The notes beneath the pieces were generated by a model. It did not search any database. It was given only the letters and a program-made list of their open reading frames with translations, and was not told where the DNA came from. Shown piece by piece: positions 36,552 to 48,517 of a stretch of DNA of 64,000 nucleotides (its first letter is position 1; every line of letters begins with the position of its first letter). Where the stretch lies: contig JANJGN010000001.1 in assembly GCA_026770705.1 (NCBI GenBank), forward strand, positions 64,294,001-64,358,000. The letters are read 5' to 3'. Source of the DNA: Isurus oxyrinchus (lineage: Eukaryota). Made by a program: the position numbers and the translations under genes.

Positions 36552-39307
36552 ATGCCTACCTCCTTGAAGAAGTTCTGTTCCTCTCTGCGACAAGATTTCC
36601 GTATCTCTCTGTTGCCTTGTTCACCTTCTTTGCTTTCCATTTCCCTCCTGGTGTTTGACAAGGTGTTTACTAAAACCCGCTTTCACAGCCATATCTCCTT
36701 TCTCAGTGACTGTCTCCGTCTCTGACTTATCCCAAGTGGATTTCAACTGAAATTCCACCCCTCATGTTTCGAACCCACCCAGGATTAGCGGTATCTCCGG
36801 GACATAAAACGTTTCTCAGACTGCTGTTCCCGTCACATTCTGAAATCCACACTCAGTGCCATGCGCCGCCATATGAACACACTCGACCTCTCCCTCCAGC
36901 AGCACCGCTGTACCCTTTTTCAAAGCTGCGCGTGCCCCCAGTTTCATTTTATCCTTCGGCTCATCCGACGCCTCAACAAGAAACTTTTTCTCTTTCTCTC
37001 AAGTGCTAAGGAACGCAAGCTCCAACAACTCATCGACACCAACACCCATCTAGGACCCTCCACCCCTGCCTGTCCCTCCGTCCCCACCCTTTCTTCCAAT
37101 CCCAACCCCAGCCGTGTATTCACTATACCCCCTGACCTTCCCCTCTCCGATGCTGAACGTTCAGTGCTCAGCAAAGGACTTAGTTTCATACCCTTACGCC
37201 CTCACCTCAATGAATTTCGGGCTCAGCATGATACTGAACTCTTCTTCCGCCGTCTTCGTCTCCGGGCTCACTTCTTTGGGCAGGAGTCCTCTCCCAGTTC
37301 AATGGATCCTTTTACCCATCTCCAATATTCTCCCTCCACCTGGACCCCTCCCTCTGGATTCTTACCTTCTCTTGATCTTTTCATTGAGAACTGTCGGCGC
37401 GACATTAGTCGTCTCAATTTCTCTGCTCCTCTCACCCATTCTAACCTGTCTCTCTCTGAACTTACTGCACTCCATTCTCTCAGGTCCAACCCTGATATTG
37501 TCATCAAACCCGCTGACAAGGGTGGTGCTGTTGTTGTCTGGCGCACTGACCTCTACCTCGCGGAGGCTGAGCGTCAACTCGCAGACACTTCCTCCTACCT
37601 CTCCCTAGACCATGACCCCACCACTGAACATCAAGCCATTGTTTCCAGGACTGTCACTGACCTCGTCTCCTCTGGGGATCTCCCTCCCACAGCTTCCAAC
37701 CTGATAGTTGCCCAACCTCGGACGGCCCGCTTCTATCTCCTACCCAAAATCCACAAACAGAACTGCCCCGGTAGACCGATCGTCTCAGCTTGCTCCTGCC
37801 CCACAGAACTCATTTCTCGTTATCTTGACTCCCTTCTCTCTCCCCTTGTCCAGTCCCTTCCCACCTACATCCGTGATTCCTCTGACACCTTACGTCACAT
37901 CAACAATTTCCAGTTCCCTGGCCCCAACCGCTTCCTCTTCACCATGGACGTCCAAACCTTCTACACCTCCATCCCCCACCAGGATGGTCTGAGGGCCCTT
38001 AGCTTCTTCCTCGAACAGAGGCCCGAACAATCCCCATCCACTACTACTCTCCTCCGTCTGGCTGAACTTGTTCTCACGCTGAACAATTTCTCCTTCAACT
38101 CCTCTCACTTCCTCCAAATAAAAGGTGTGGCTATGGGTACCCGCATGGGCCCCAGCTATGCCTGTCTCTTTATGGGGTATGTGGAACATTCCTTGTTGCA
38201 GTCCTACTCCGGCCCCCTTCCACAACTTTTCCTCCGGTACGTCGATGATTACTTCAGTGCCGCTTCATGCTCTCGTCGGGACTTGGAAAAATTTATTAAT
38301 TTTGCTTCCAAACTCCACCCCTCCATCATTTTCACGTGGTCCATCTCTGACACTTCCCTTCCCTTCCTTGACCTCTCCGTCTCAATCTCTGGTGATAGAC
38401 TGTCCACCAATATCCATTACAAACCCACCGACTCCCACAGCTACCCGACTACAGCTCCTCACACCCCGCTTCCTGTAAGGACTCCATCCCATTCTCCCAG
38501 TTCCTTCGCCTTCGTCGCATCTGTTCCGATGATGCTACCTTCAAAAACAGTTCCTCTGACATGTCCTCCTTCTTCCTTAACCGAGGTTTTCCACCCACGG
38601 TCGTTGACAGGGCCCTCAACCGTGTCCGGCCCATCTCCCGCGCATCCGCCCTCACGCCTTCTCCTCCCTCCCAGAAACATGATAGGGTCCCCCTTGTCCT
38701 CACTTATCACCCCACCAACCTCCGCATTCAAAGGATCATCCTCCACCATTTCCGCCAACTCCAGCATGATGCCACCACCAAACACATCTTCCCTTCACCC
38801 CCCTTATCGGCATTCCGTAGGGATCGCTCCCTCCGGGACACCCTGGTCCACTCCTCCATCACCCCCTACTCCTCAACCCCCTCCTATGGCACCACCCCAT
38901 GCCCACGCAAAAGATGTAACACCTGCCCCTTCACTTCCTCTCTCCTCACCGTCCAAGGGCCCAAACACTCCTTTCAAGTGAAGCAGCATTTCACTTGCAT
39001 TTCCCCCAACTTAGTCTACTGCATTCGTTGCTCCCAATGTGGTCTCCTCTACATTGGAGAGACCAAACGTAAACTGGGCGACCACTTTGCAGAACACCTG
39101 AGGTCTGTCCGCAAGAATGACCCAAACCTCCCTGTCGCTTGCCATTTTAACACTCCACCCTGCTCTCTTGCCCACATGTCTGTCCTTGGCTTGCTGCATT
39201 GTTCCAGTGAAGCCCAACGCAAACTGGAGGAACAACACCTCATCTACCGACTAGGCACCTTACAGCCTTCCGGACTGAATATTGAATTCAACAACTTTAG
39301 GTCGTGA
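36552..39307 (+). pseudogene. Penelope-like RT + GIY-YIG endonuclease ORF (two stops, one frameshift)
   Basis: KPADKGGAVVV, FYLLPKIHK, GRPIVS, TMDV, GVAMGTRMGPSYA, RYVDD, LPFLDL, Cys linker CPRKRCNTC, LVYCIRCSQCGLLYIGET. In-frame stops at 36723 and ~36786, 1-bp loss near 38445. Confidence 0.95.
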
Positions 39308-39703
39308 GCTCCCTCCCCCATCCCCACCCCATTTCTGCTTCCCCCTTCCTTTTTTTTCCAATAAATTATATAGATTTTTCTTTTCCCACCTATTTCCATT
39401 ATTTTTAAATATTTTAAAATCTTTTATGCTCTCCCCACCCCCATTAGAGCTATACCTTGAGTGCCCTACCATCCATTCTTAATTAGCACATTCGTTTAGA
39501 TAATATCACCAACTTTAACTTTAACACCTATGTGTTCTATTGTACCATTGTTGTTGACATCTTTTGATGATCTGCTTCTATCACTGCTTGTTTGTCCACA
39601 CAACCACACCCCCACCCCACCTCTCTCTCTCTCTATCTCTCCGCCCCCCACACACGCACCTTAAACCAGCTTATATTTCAACTTTTTCTTGGACTCGAAC
39701 TCA

Positions 39704-39742
39704 AGTTCTGTCGAAGGGTCATGAGGACTCGAAACGTCAACT
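39704..39742 (+). ncRNA. Minimal hammerhead ribozyme motif in 3' pLTR
   Basis: Identical to 36380-36418. Confidence 0.72.
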
Positions 39743-39849
39743 CTTTTCTTCTCCGCCGATGCTGCCAGACCTGCTGAGTTTTTCCAGGTAATTCTGTTTT
39801 TGTTTTGGATTTCCAGCATCCGCAGTTTTTTTGTTTTATAAATCTTTAT

Positions 39850-40422
39850 CACTGATTAGGCCTCAACTAGAGTATCGTATCCAATTCCAGGAACACCATT
39901 TTAGTATGGGTATTGAGGCCTAAAAAAAGGTGCGGAGGAGTTTTGCAAGAATGATTCCAAGATTGAGGGACTTCAGTTTTAGAGACTAGGGGAACTGGGT
40001 TTGTTCTCCTTAAAGCAGAGAATATTAAGAATTGATTTAGTAGAGGTGTTCAAAATCATTAAGAATTTTGAAAGGAGTAAATAAGGGAACATTATTCCTG
40101 CTGTTAGAAGGGTTGACAACCTGGCAGGGACACAGGCTTAAGTTAATTGACAAATGATCCAGAGGTGAAATGAGAATTTATTTTACACAGTAAGTTTTCC
40201 TGATCTGGAATGCAGTGCCTAAAAGGGCGGTGGAAGCAGATTCAATAGTAACGCTCAAAAGGGAATTGGATAATAACTTGAAGGGTGGAATATTGGAGGG
40301 AATGTGGGGAAGGGCAGGAGAATGGAATTAATTGGGTACTTCTGTCAAAGTGCTAGCACAGGCCTGATGAGTCGAATATCCTCCTTGTACACTGTAAAAT
40401 GTTTTAATTTTATGATTCTATG
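39850..40422 (+). mobile_element. Decayed CR1-type LINE 3' fragment (target of the PLE insertion)
   Basis: LIRPQLEY..VFKIIK..WNAVP-like remnants with CR1 3' UTR and TTCTATGA-like tail. Confidence 0.75.
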
Positions 40423-40432
40423 AAACATATTT

Positions 40433-41860
40433 TAATGATGGGTTATTTGATTCAGTTTTGTTCCAACTGGGATGGGAGGGGTGCTCAGTTGATATAGCCC
40501 CCACTACCCTACAGGTTGCACCATTAGTTTAAAAGTTTAATTCACTCACCAAAATGGTCAATGATTTATCTTCATTATCAGTTATGCAGAATAAAAGAGA
40601 CTTTAACCAGGCTTCTTTCAATAACTCAGAATGATTGATTTATTATATAAAAAAACGTATTTTTTTAAACAATTTGCAAGAACTGGTTAACACACAATTG
40701 TAATCTGGAGGTGTAACTATTTATCCCTTTTAAAATTCCCCAACGCACATGGAAACGAACAAAGGACAAGAAAGCAGAGCCTCTGCAGAGATGGGTTGTT
40801 GAAAAAAGGATAACATTTGCAGGGTTTCGATGCTCTTGACCTGGAGCTTCCTCATGTGAAGACAGATTGTTAGCCCCAGTAGATGCCTGGAGGTTCTCAC
40901 CAATGAAGTTTTGGCGTGGAGGAAAATAGAGTCAGATCAATCCTTTTCATCCCAGCATCTCAGGTTTCCAAATACAGACAAATTCCACTGAGATGAGGGG
41001 CAGGATTTTGTCCTTGGCGGGGATGCTCGGTGGAGGCGGAAGAGAGCGATCGGGCAGCTGACTGCTGCCCGCAATCGGCTCCACACCATGATTTCACACA
41101 GGTGGACCAATTAAGGCCTGGCCCTGCGTGGATTGCGAGTGGCAGCGCTCAGCAATACTAGTGTGGGTGGGGAGAGGAGGGAGAGCCGGGCCTAGTGCAC
41201 AGTTCGCACATGTGCACGAAAGAGCGCTTCAATCTCCCTGGGGCACGGAGTTGCCTCTGGTGAGACTGAAGCGCTTTTATAAAAAATTAAGAAAGACAGT
41301 AAAAATGTAATGAAACATGCCCCCTCATGTGATTTTGTCACATGAGATGGGACATGTTTTTAATTCCAAAATAAAGTTTTTATTTAATATTTATTTGCTT
41401 TAAGAAACCTCATCCTGCTCGTGGATGAGGTTTCCTAAAAAATGTAAAGGCTGCTTGGCCTTTTCACCTGCCTGTCAATCGTAAGGTTGGGTGGGCAGTG
41501 TAGAATTGAACTTAATTAGCTTGTTAATGGCCTTAATAGGCCTTTTAATTATCGGTGGGCGTGCAGCCAACTCCGGCGTGTGCCCACTGAACTAAATATC
41601 ACGCCCAACGTCATTGCGCATCATTTTACACTGGGGCATGTCGGGTGCGTGCCCACACGCCAAGTGTAAACTTCTGCCTAAGGATTCTTAGCTGGATACT
41701 GACAATCACACAGTTTCAAGCAAGGCAAAGAGAGTGTGTGCTGGGCAACTTTTCCCCTTCTCCATTCAGACACTACTGAATTAAAAAAAACGTTCAAAAC
41801 TTAAAGGTCATCTCTGTCATGTAATTTCCAGTAAATCACTAGCCTTTGCCTTTAAACCAA
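40433..41860. mobile_element. Possible solo LTR-like repeat interrupted by a MITE
   Basis: Composition and motifs loosely resemble the LTR-like region at 884-2000. Ends not resolved. Confidence 0.25.
40998..41679 (+). mobile_element. Harbinger MITE
   Basis: GGGCAGGATTTT...AAACTTCTGCCT, flanks GAG/AAG, shared internal palindromes. Confidence 0.88.
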
Positions 41861-42952
41861 CAATTTTTATTCCATCAATTAAAATAATTGCAATGAAAAC
41901 AAGCAAACAGCTCCCACCCATCGAGCACCATGCTGGTGCTTTTCTTGGAAAAGGCTTGCTTGCTCCCGGTCCAAAGGTGAACTTATGACTCTTTTGTAAA
42001 AAAATACATATTCAAATAATGCAATGTCTTTCCATATTTTAAAATAAAATATTGTCCTGAAAGATATGATTCTAACAGTTTGTTTTGCTGCCTTGGCATT
42101 TTGTTTCAGAAGGATGCTATTTTGTTTATTGCCCAGGTGGTGGCAGCATGGAGCTAACTGCAAATTTCTAAAACAGGGAAAATAATTTCTGTGAATATAT
42201 TAACTGTGCTTGCACTCACTAAGCTTCTGATGACTTGTAAAAAGGGTGATTTTCTAAAACTGTTGTGCACATGTTCACTTGGAGAAACATATTTGTTTCT
42301 TGTAGAAAAATTATGGAAACATTTCAGTAGATATCTGGCGACTGGAGTCTCTGCCAGTGAATTATTTACACTGAAACTGCAGTATTCACAAGCCAACAGT
42401 GAAGACTAATTATTGCCATTCTCCATTGATCCACAACATTTCACACAAATTTTTAATGCATCTATCGATTAGTATGCTGTCAAGATATCTATTATTATTT
42501 TGGCTCATTACATCACCTTGCTGATCAATCAAATTATTTTAGGACTTCACACAAACAGAAATCAATTATTCACTGTATTTACTGTATTTACATTATTAGC
42601 TTTACATCTGGTGCAAATTGTGCCATCTTTCACCTCACAGATTACAATGTCAGAAATTTTATCACTCCAACAATTTATTTCATGACTACAGGATCAGTAA
42701 ATTTTTGCCTGAGGTCAATCCAGCAGAGATCTCTAGATGTCAACCTGGCAACAGAGATGTGATTGGCTGACACAAGACACATCTGGGATCCCTTCTTTCT
42801 CGCATTTTGGTCTTGAGGTAGTAATTGATATACCTTGCTTATCGCCTGCAGTTGGAGCTAACCTACTAACAGACAGTTAAAGAGCAGACTTTCATCCCAT
42901 CAACTACGAATGGAGGTAAGGCCTCAGTCAAAGTCATCTCATTTAGCAAAGC

Positions 42953-44274
42953 TACAACAACTTGCATTTATATAGCACCTTTACTGTAATAAAAATTTGG
43001 CACTGAGTCACATTAGGGGCAGGATTTTCCAATCGTTGAATGGGCATGGCGGGCGGGTCTAGGGGTGGCTGTGAAACGGTCCACTGTCTGTGATCAGGCC
43101 CCAACCGTAATTTCACACTGGCCAGCCAGCGGGAAGCGTGCACTGAGAACCTCAACCCTGCCAGGGTGAGGGCAGGGGAGTGTGAGTGCAGAAGCCTGAG
43201 CATGTGCGGGAGGGGTGGGGGGAGCGCGCACTGAAAGCTCCCTCAGGGAGCTGAACAATTTGAAATTCAAAAATAAAAAGTTTTAAAATCTGAAAAAAAT
43301 GTCCCAATGTAAATATACTCACTCACAATAACATTAGCAGAATAAAAATTTTGCCCCCAAAATTTATATTTATCTTTTATTTGATTTTGGAGACCTCATC
43401 CTGCCTGTGCATGAGGTTTCATCAAAAATCCAAAGGGCCACCTGGCTGATTCGCCCACCCGCCAATTGTAAGGTTGGATGGGCAGTGAAAAATTACCTTG
43501 AATTAATTAACTAAAGGCCTTAACAGGGCCTCTTAACTGTTGGCGCAGGCACTGCCAACTCTCGCACGCACCCACCGACCAAAATATCACACAAGTGCGC
43601 GACGCTTGCCCGACATCATTGTACCCATCTGCGGACGTAAATTCCTACCCTTTGAGTTACCAGGGCAGATGTTCAAAAGTTCGGTCAGAAAGGTAGGTTT
43701 TAAGAAGCATCTTAAAGGAGGAAAGAGAAGTCGAGAGTAACGTGGTTTAAGGAAGGAATTGTGATCGAGGCAGCTGAAGGCATGGTCACCAATGGTGGAA
43801 TGATGAAAATCGGGGATGCTCGATCGGAAAATTACTGATATCTCTGAGGCTTGTAGGGCTGGAGGAGGATGTGAGGCTAGGGGTCGATTTGAAAGCAAGG
43901 ATTAAAATTGAGATGTTTCTTAATTGGGAGCCAATGAAGCAGAGGGGTAGGACAGGGGTAGTATAGTCGTGTATGAGGTTATGTTGAAGGAAGGTAGAAG
44001 AAGAGAGGCTGACCAGAAGTGCATATAAATAATTAAACCTATAGGTAATGGAAGTGTGAATGAGGGTTTCAGCAGTAGATGAACTGAGGAGGGATGGGTT
44101 TAAGTGGTGGAAATAGGTAGCTACCGTAATGGCACAGAAATGTGGTCAGAAGCTCTAGTGTTTAATTACAGCAATAAGGTAGTGAACTCTCCTGCTCAGC
44201 TTTGGGCAGTTTCCAGGGAGAGAGATGGAGTCAGTGGGTGGGGAATGGAGTTTTTGGTTGGGTACAAAGACAAT
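42953..44274 (-). mobile_element. L2-type LINE 3' fragment split by a MITE
   Basis: Tail ACAACAACTTGCATTTATATAGCACCTTT continues after the MITE as ..GGTAGGTTTTAAGAAGCATCTTAAAGGAGG..GCAGCTGAAGGCATGGTCACCAATGGTGGA. Confidence 0.72.
43017..43650 (+). mobile_element. Harbinger MITE
   Basis: GGGCAGGATTTT...AAATTCCTACCC, colinear with the split copy at 5773/11806. Confidence 0.88.
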
Positions 44275-44275
44275 G

Positions 44276-45735
44276 GGGGCTAAACTGAATAGCCCCAGAA
44301 CATGTGCAAGATTGTAATGCCCAATTCCCTGCGCCTGTTCAATGTAATACAGCCAACATGCTAATTCCTTGCTGTGTTCTTCTTAAAACAATTGCTGCAC
44401 GCAACCAATGCTAATAGCATTGTTTGTTGGATGTGCTCATTAGCCAGAGGATTGGGAGTGGGGGCTGGGGCAAGAATGTTACTTGCTAGCATTCCATAAA
44501 GCTAACCTGGACTGCTTAAAACCAGCCTGCATCTCCGAAAGGGAAGGTGCATTGTGATTACTACAGCTAGATGCTGAGATCATTGGGAATAATGCTGTGC
44601 AGCAAGCAACAATGACTAACCATAAGCGAGGATGTGCATGGTTTTCTGACATTGCACTGGAAGTCTTTGTGGAGGAGGTAGAAAGGAGGAGAGATGTCCT
44701 GTATTTGCAGGGTTCAGGAGGCTCTCTAGATGTATGGTGAGCGGCCAGTGGGAACAAATACCCGTGGAAGTAAATGCCCGGAGTTTAGACCAGATGTCCT
44801 GGATGCAGTACCACAAAAATTATAATGACCTCATGTGAATGGTCAAGTTTAATGAATGCATCTTCAAAAGCCATTTCCTACCACCACTTCACTTGCTTCA
44901 GCCATTGATCAACTTACCACACCCCGATCATTCAGCTATTAACAATCTCTATCAATCAGGACTCACAGCTGAAATTCACAATTTCACACTTCATATTGCG
45001 GCAAGCCTCACACCCACATCTTACAACTTGTACACACTGCCTGCTATTCAACCATGAGATTCATATCCCCCAAACATATTGCACCACACACTGATACACT
45101 TCCTTCTTGTTTGCAGGAGAAGGTGATGCACAACAGGAGGCAGCAGGAACGAACCAGATGGGGAGAGGCATGACTATACATTCTAATCCCTATGGAAGAG
45201 GTATTGCTGGACATAATGAGAAAGACCATTGCTGAGATCGTAATCACTGTCAAGAACATAAACACAAGAATTAGGAGCAGCAGTGGGCTATTTGACTCTT
45301 GAGCCTGCTCTGCCATTCAATAAGATGATGGCAGATCTGATTGTGGCCTCAATTTGGCAAGGCTGAACCCATCACAGATGATATGACCCTCATACCTAAT
45401 CCTCTTTCACAAATCCCCTTTCCCTCTCATTCCACACTCTCTTCTGACTTCCAAGCAGCAGATAACATACTTTCCTTCTTCACTTACTACAATTTTATCT
45501 GTATCCTTTTTACCTTTCAGATGCACAAGAAGCCTAATCTGCCAGGCATTGGAAGAAGATGAAAGAGACAGTGATGGTGAAGAAACACCATCGCTTGATT
45601 TCACATTCTAAGCCACCAGTTCAGCTCCTGACACTGCATAGCTTAGATGATAGCATTGAAGTGGGATCCACCTGTGATGAAATACCCACCACAATTGCAC
45701 ATTAGCCAGGGCTGGAGTCAGGAATAGCGCAGATC
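44276..45735 (+). mobile_element. Decayed Harbinger relic, left part with Myb/SANT-like pseudo-exons
   Basis: FSDIALEVFVEEVERRRDVLY..WEQI..VNARS..WMQYHKNYNDL (44640-44850) and ttgcAG|EKVMHNRRQQERTR (45117). A short CR1 tail is inserted at ~45252-45350. Confidence 0.7.
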
Positions 45736-45741
45736 CAAGCT

Positions 45742-47390
45742 TTTTATTATTCATTCACGGGATGTGGGCTACGCTGGCTAGTCCAGCATTTATTGCCCAT
45801 CCCTAGTTGCCCTTGAGAAGGTGGTGGTGAGCTGCCTTCTTGAACCGCTGCAGTCCATGTGGTGTAAGTGCACCCACAGTATTGTTAGGGGGGTAGTTCC
45901 AGGATTTTGACCCAGCAACAGTGAAGGAATGGTGATATATTCCCAAGTCAGGATGGTGAGTGACTTGGAGGGGAGCTTCAAGGTGGTGGTGTTCCAATCC
46001 ATCTGCTGCCCTTGTCCATCTAGGTGGTAGTGGTCATGGGTTTGGAAGGTGCTGTCTAAGGAGCTTGGTGAATTCCTGCAGTGCATCTTGTAGATGGTAC
46101 ACACTGCTGCTACTGTGTGCTGGTGGTGAAGGGGGTGAATGTTTGTGGATGTGGTGCCAATCAAGCTTTGTCCTGGGCAGTGTCCAACTTTTTGAGTGTT
46201 GTGGGAGCTGCATTCATCCAGGCAAGTAGGGAGTATTCCATCACACTCCTGATTTGTACCTTGTGGGTGGTGGGCAGGCTTTGGGGAGCCAGGAGGCGAG
46301 TTACTCGTTGCATGATTCCTTGCCTTTGACCTGCTCTTGTAGCCGCAATATTTATATGGCTAGTCCAGTTCAGTTTCTGGTCAATTTCAATAGTGGGGTA
46401 TTCAGTGATGGTAATGCCATGAACATCAAGAGGCCATGGTTGTATTATCTCCTGTTGGAGATGGTCATTGCCTGACAATTGTGTGGTATGAATGTTACTT
46501 GCCACTTGTAACCCCAAGCCTGGATATTGTCTATGTCTTGCTGCATTTAGACATGGACTGCTTCAGTATCTGAGGAGTCACGAATGGTCCTGAACATTGT
46601 ACAATCCTCAGCGAACATCCCCACTTCTAACCTTATGATGGAAGGAAGGTCATTGATGAAACGACTGAAGATAGTTGGGCCTAGGGCACTACCTTGAGGA
46701 ACTCCTGCAGTGATGTCTTGGAGCTGAGATGATTGACCTCCAACAACCACAACCATCTTCATTTGTGCTAGGTATCATTCCAACCAGTGGAGAGTTTCCC
46801 CCCTGATTCCCATTGACTCCAGTTTTGCTAGGGTTCCTTGATGCCACACTTAGTCAAATGCTGCCTTGATGTCAAGGGCAGTCACTCTCACCTCACCTTG
46901 GGAGTTCAACTCTTTTGTCCATGTTTGAACCAAGGCTGTAATGACATCAGGAGCTGAGTGGCCCTGGCGGAACCCAAACTGGGCATCAGTGAGCAGGTTA
47001 TTGCTAAGCAAGTGCCGCTTGATAGCACTGTTGATGACCCCTTCCATTACTTTACTGATGATGGAGAGTAGACTGATGGGGCATAATTGGCTGGGTTGGA
47101 TTTGTCCTGCTTTTTGTGTACAGGATGTACCTGCCAGAATATTGTCAGGGCCCATAGACTTTGCAGTATCCAGTTGTTCAGCCATTTCTTGGTTTGTACT
47201 TCCTTTATGGCAAGTATATCCCTTCTTCGGTAAGGAGACCAAAACTGCACACAATACTCCAGGTATGGTCTCACCAATGCCCTGTACAGTCCTCTTGCAA
47301 TGAAGGCCAACATACCTGCCTGTGAGATGGCTCTCCCAATTTTGGCACTAGCCCCCGGATGTTAGTAAGGAGGACTTTGCACTGATTGTC
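45742..47390 (-). mobile_element. CR1/L2-clade LINE 3' part, with a different CR1 fragment nested at ~47190-47315
   Basis: PISLLSIISKVME..QFGFRQGHS..ALDIKAAFD, GVPQGSALGP..FINDL..FAED, AAHHHLLKGN 3' end. Nested piece LYRALVRPYLEYCVQFWSPY. Confidence 0.9.
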
Positions 47391-48517
47391 GTAAAAAGCA
47401 GGCCAGGGCCCTCCAGGTCTTGGCCCTCCAAAAGATGGTTCGTGCCTTCATGTGTGAGGTCAATTCCAAATCTGCACTGCAATTTCTCTGCCCGGGCAAT
47501 CACAGACAACAGAATGTAGCAGTCAGCAGGCTGCCTCCACCTCTGCTGGGGATACACCAAGACATGGCAGTAGGGTACAGAAAATTAAGAGATATTAGGA
47601 GCACAAAGGTAGCACGAGTTTCCACCATCTATATATAATTTGCACAAATGTAAATAGACCTTGACTCATTTCACTTCTCATATTGCGTATGCCTCTTCTA
47701 TCCGATGATACACTCTGTGGTCAGTCAAGTGTCACAGATGCCTCCCTTCCTCCCACATGTCCCATTGTCTGCCTCAGCTCCATGTTGTCTTGAACCAGCT
47801 CATTACAGTGCCTGGCCATTCTTTGTGCAGTATCAACATGAGTGGTTCTGTCTTTAAGAAAGTTGTAGTTGGCCAAGGCATCTCTGAGACCTGCTTCAGA
47901 GCTTCACTGAATGTCGCCTCATGAGTTTAGAACCTGGAGGCTGCTTTAGCCTCCGATACTTCTGCAGTGAACAGTGCTCAGTGTGGATCTTAGAGGATTG
48001 AACGGTGACGCGCATGGAGTCAGTGCATCTTTCATTGGCCTCCATGTACTTTCCATCAGCCTTGAGTGAGCTTCACATTTGGACTCAGACTTGGCGCTCT
48101 AATGCGCTCCTGTTTGCTGCATGTTATTTCATGTCTGGTGTACATCTGAACATCATACCAACATTGGCCCCCACCTCCATGATTTATGAACCTTAGTGGC
48201 ACATGATTAGCCTTGCGATTCCTGCTAGATGGTTAAAATGGTGTGACCTAGGAATTGTGTGCCGAGGCCCCATATGCCTGTCTTGGACATGGGAGGGTGC
48301 AGTGCTGGGCCAGAGAGTTTGGCTATCACCTCATCACATTAACCCTCTTCAGAGATGGCCAATCGACATGGTAATGTGCAACTTACAATGACATCAGTGT
48401 GCCTGGGTCCTGTGTGCATATGTCAGACTGTTGGAGTGAAAATGTGGAAGACAGCACAGAAACACCTGCCTGGGAGGGTGGGTTTTGTGGGGGTGGGGTG
48501 GTGTGGGGCAGTTGGGA

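Larger units (their letters stand above)
36219..39835 (+). mobile_element. Near-full-length Penelope-like retroelement with direct pseudo-LTRs and a short inverted 5' extension
   Basis: 14-bp TSD TTATAAATCTTTAT (36205-36218 / 39836-39849). pLTR at 36256-~36512 and 39568-39835. 36219-36255 is an inverted copy of the pLTR end. Confidence 0.95.

Noticed and set aside
36723-36725. In-frame TGA in the PLE ORF as selenocysteine (as reported for some Naiad PLEs)
   Set aside because: It is more simply a CGA>TGA CpG decay, the same copy has a TAG and a frameshift, and I saw no SECIS evidence.
36944-39472. Antisense and alternative-frame ORFs over the PLE
   Set aside because: By-products of the C-rich biased coding strand with no motifs.
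41879-42409. Adjacent short ORFs as host exons
   Set aside because: No recognisable domain and no convincing splice-site pair.
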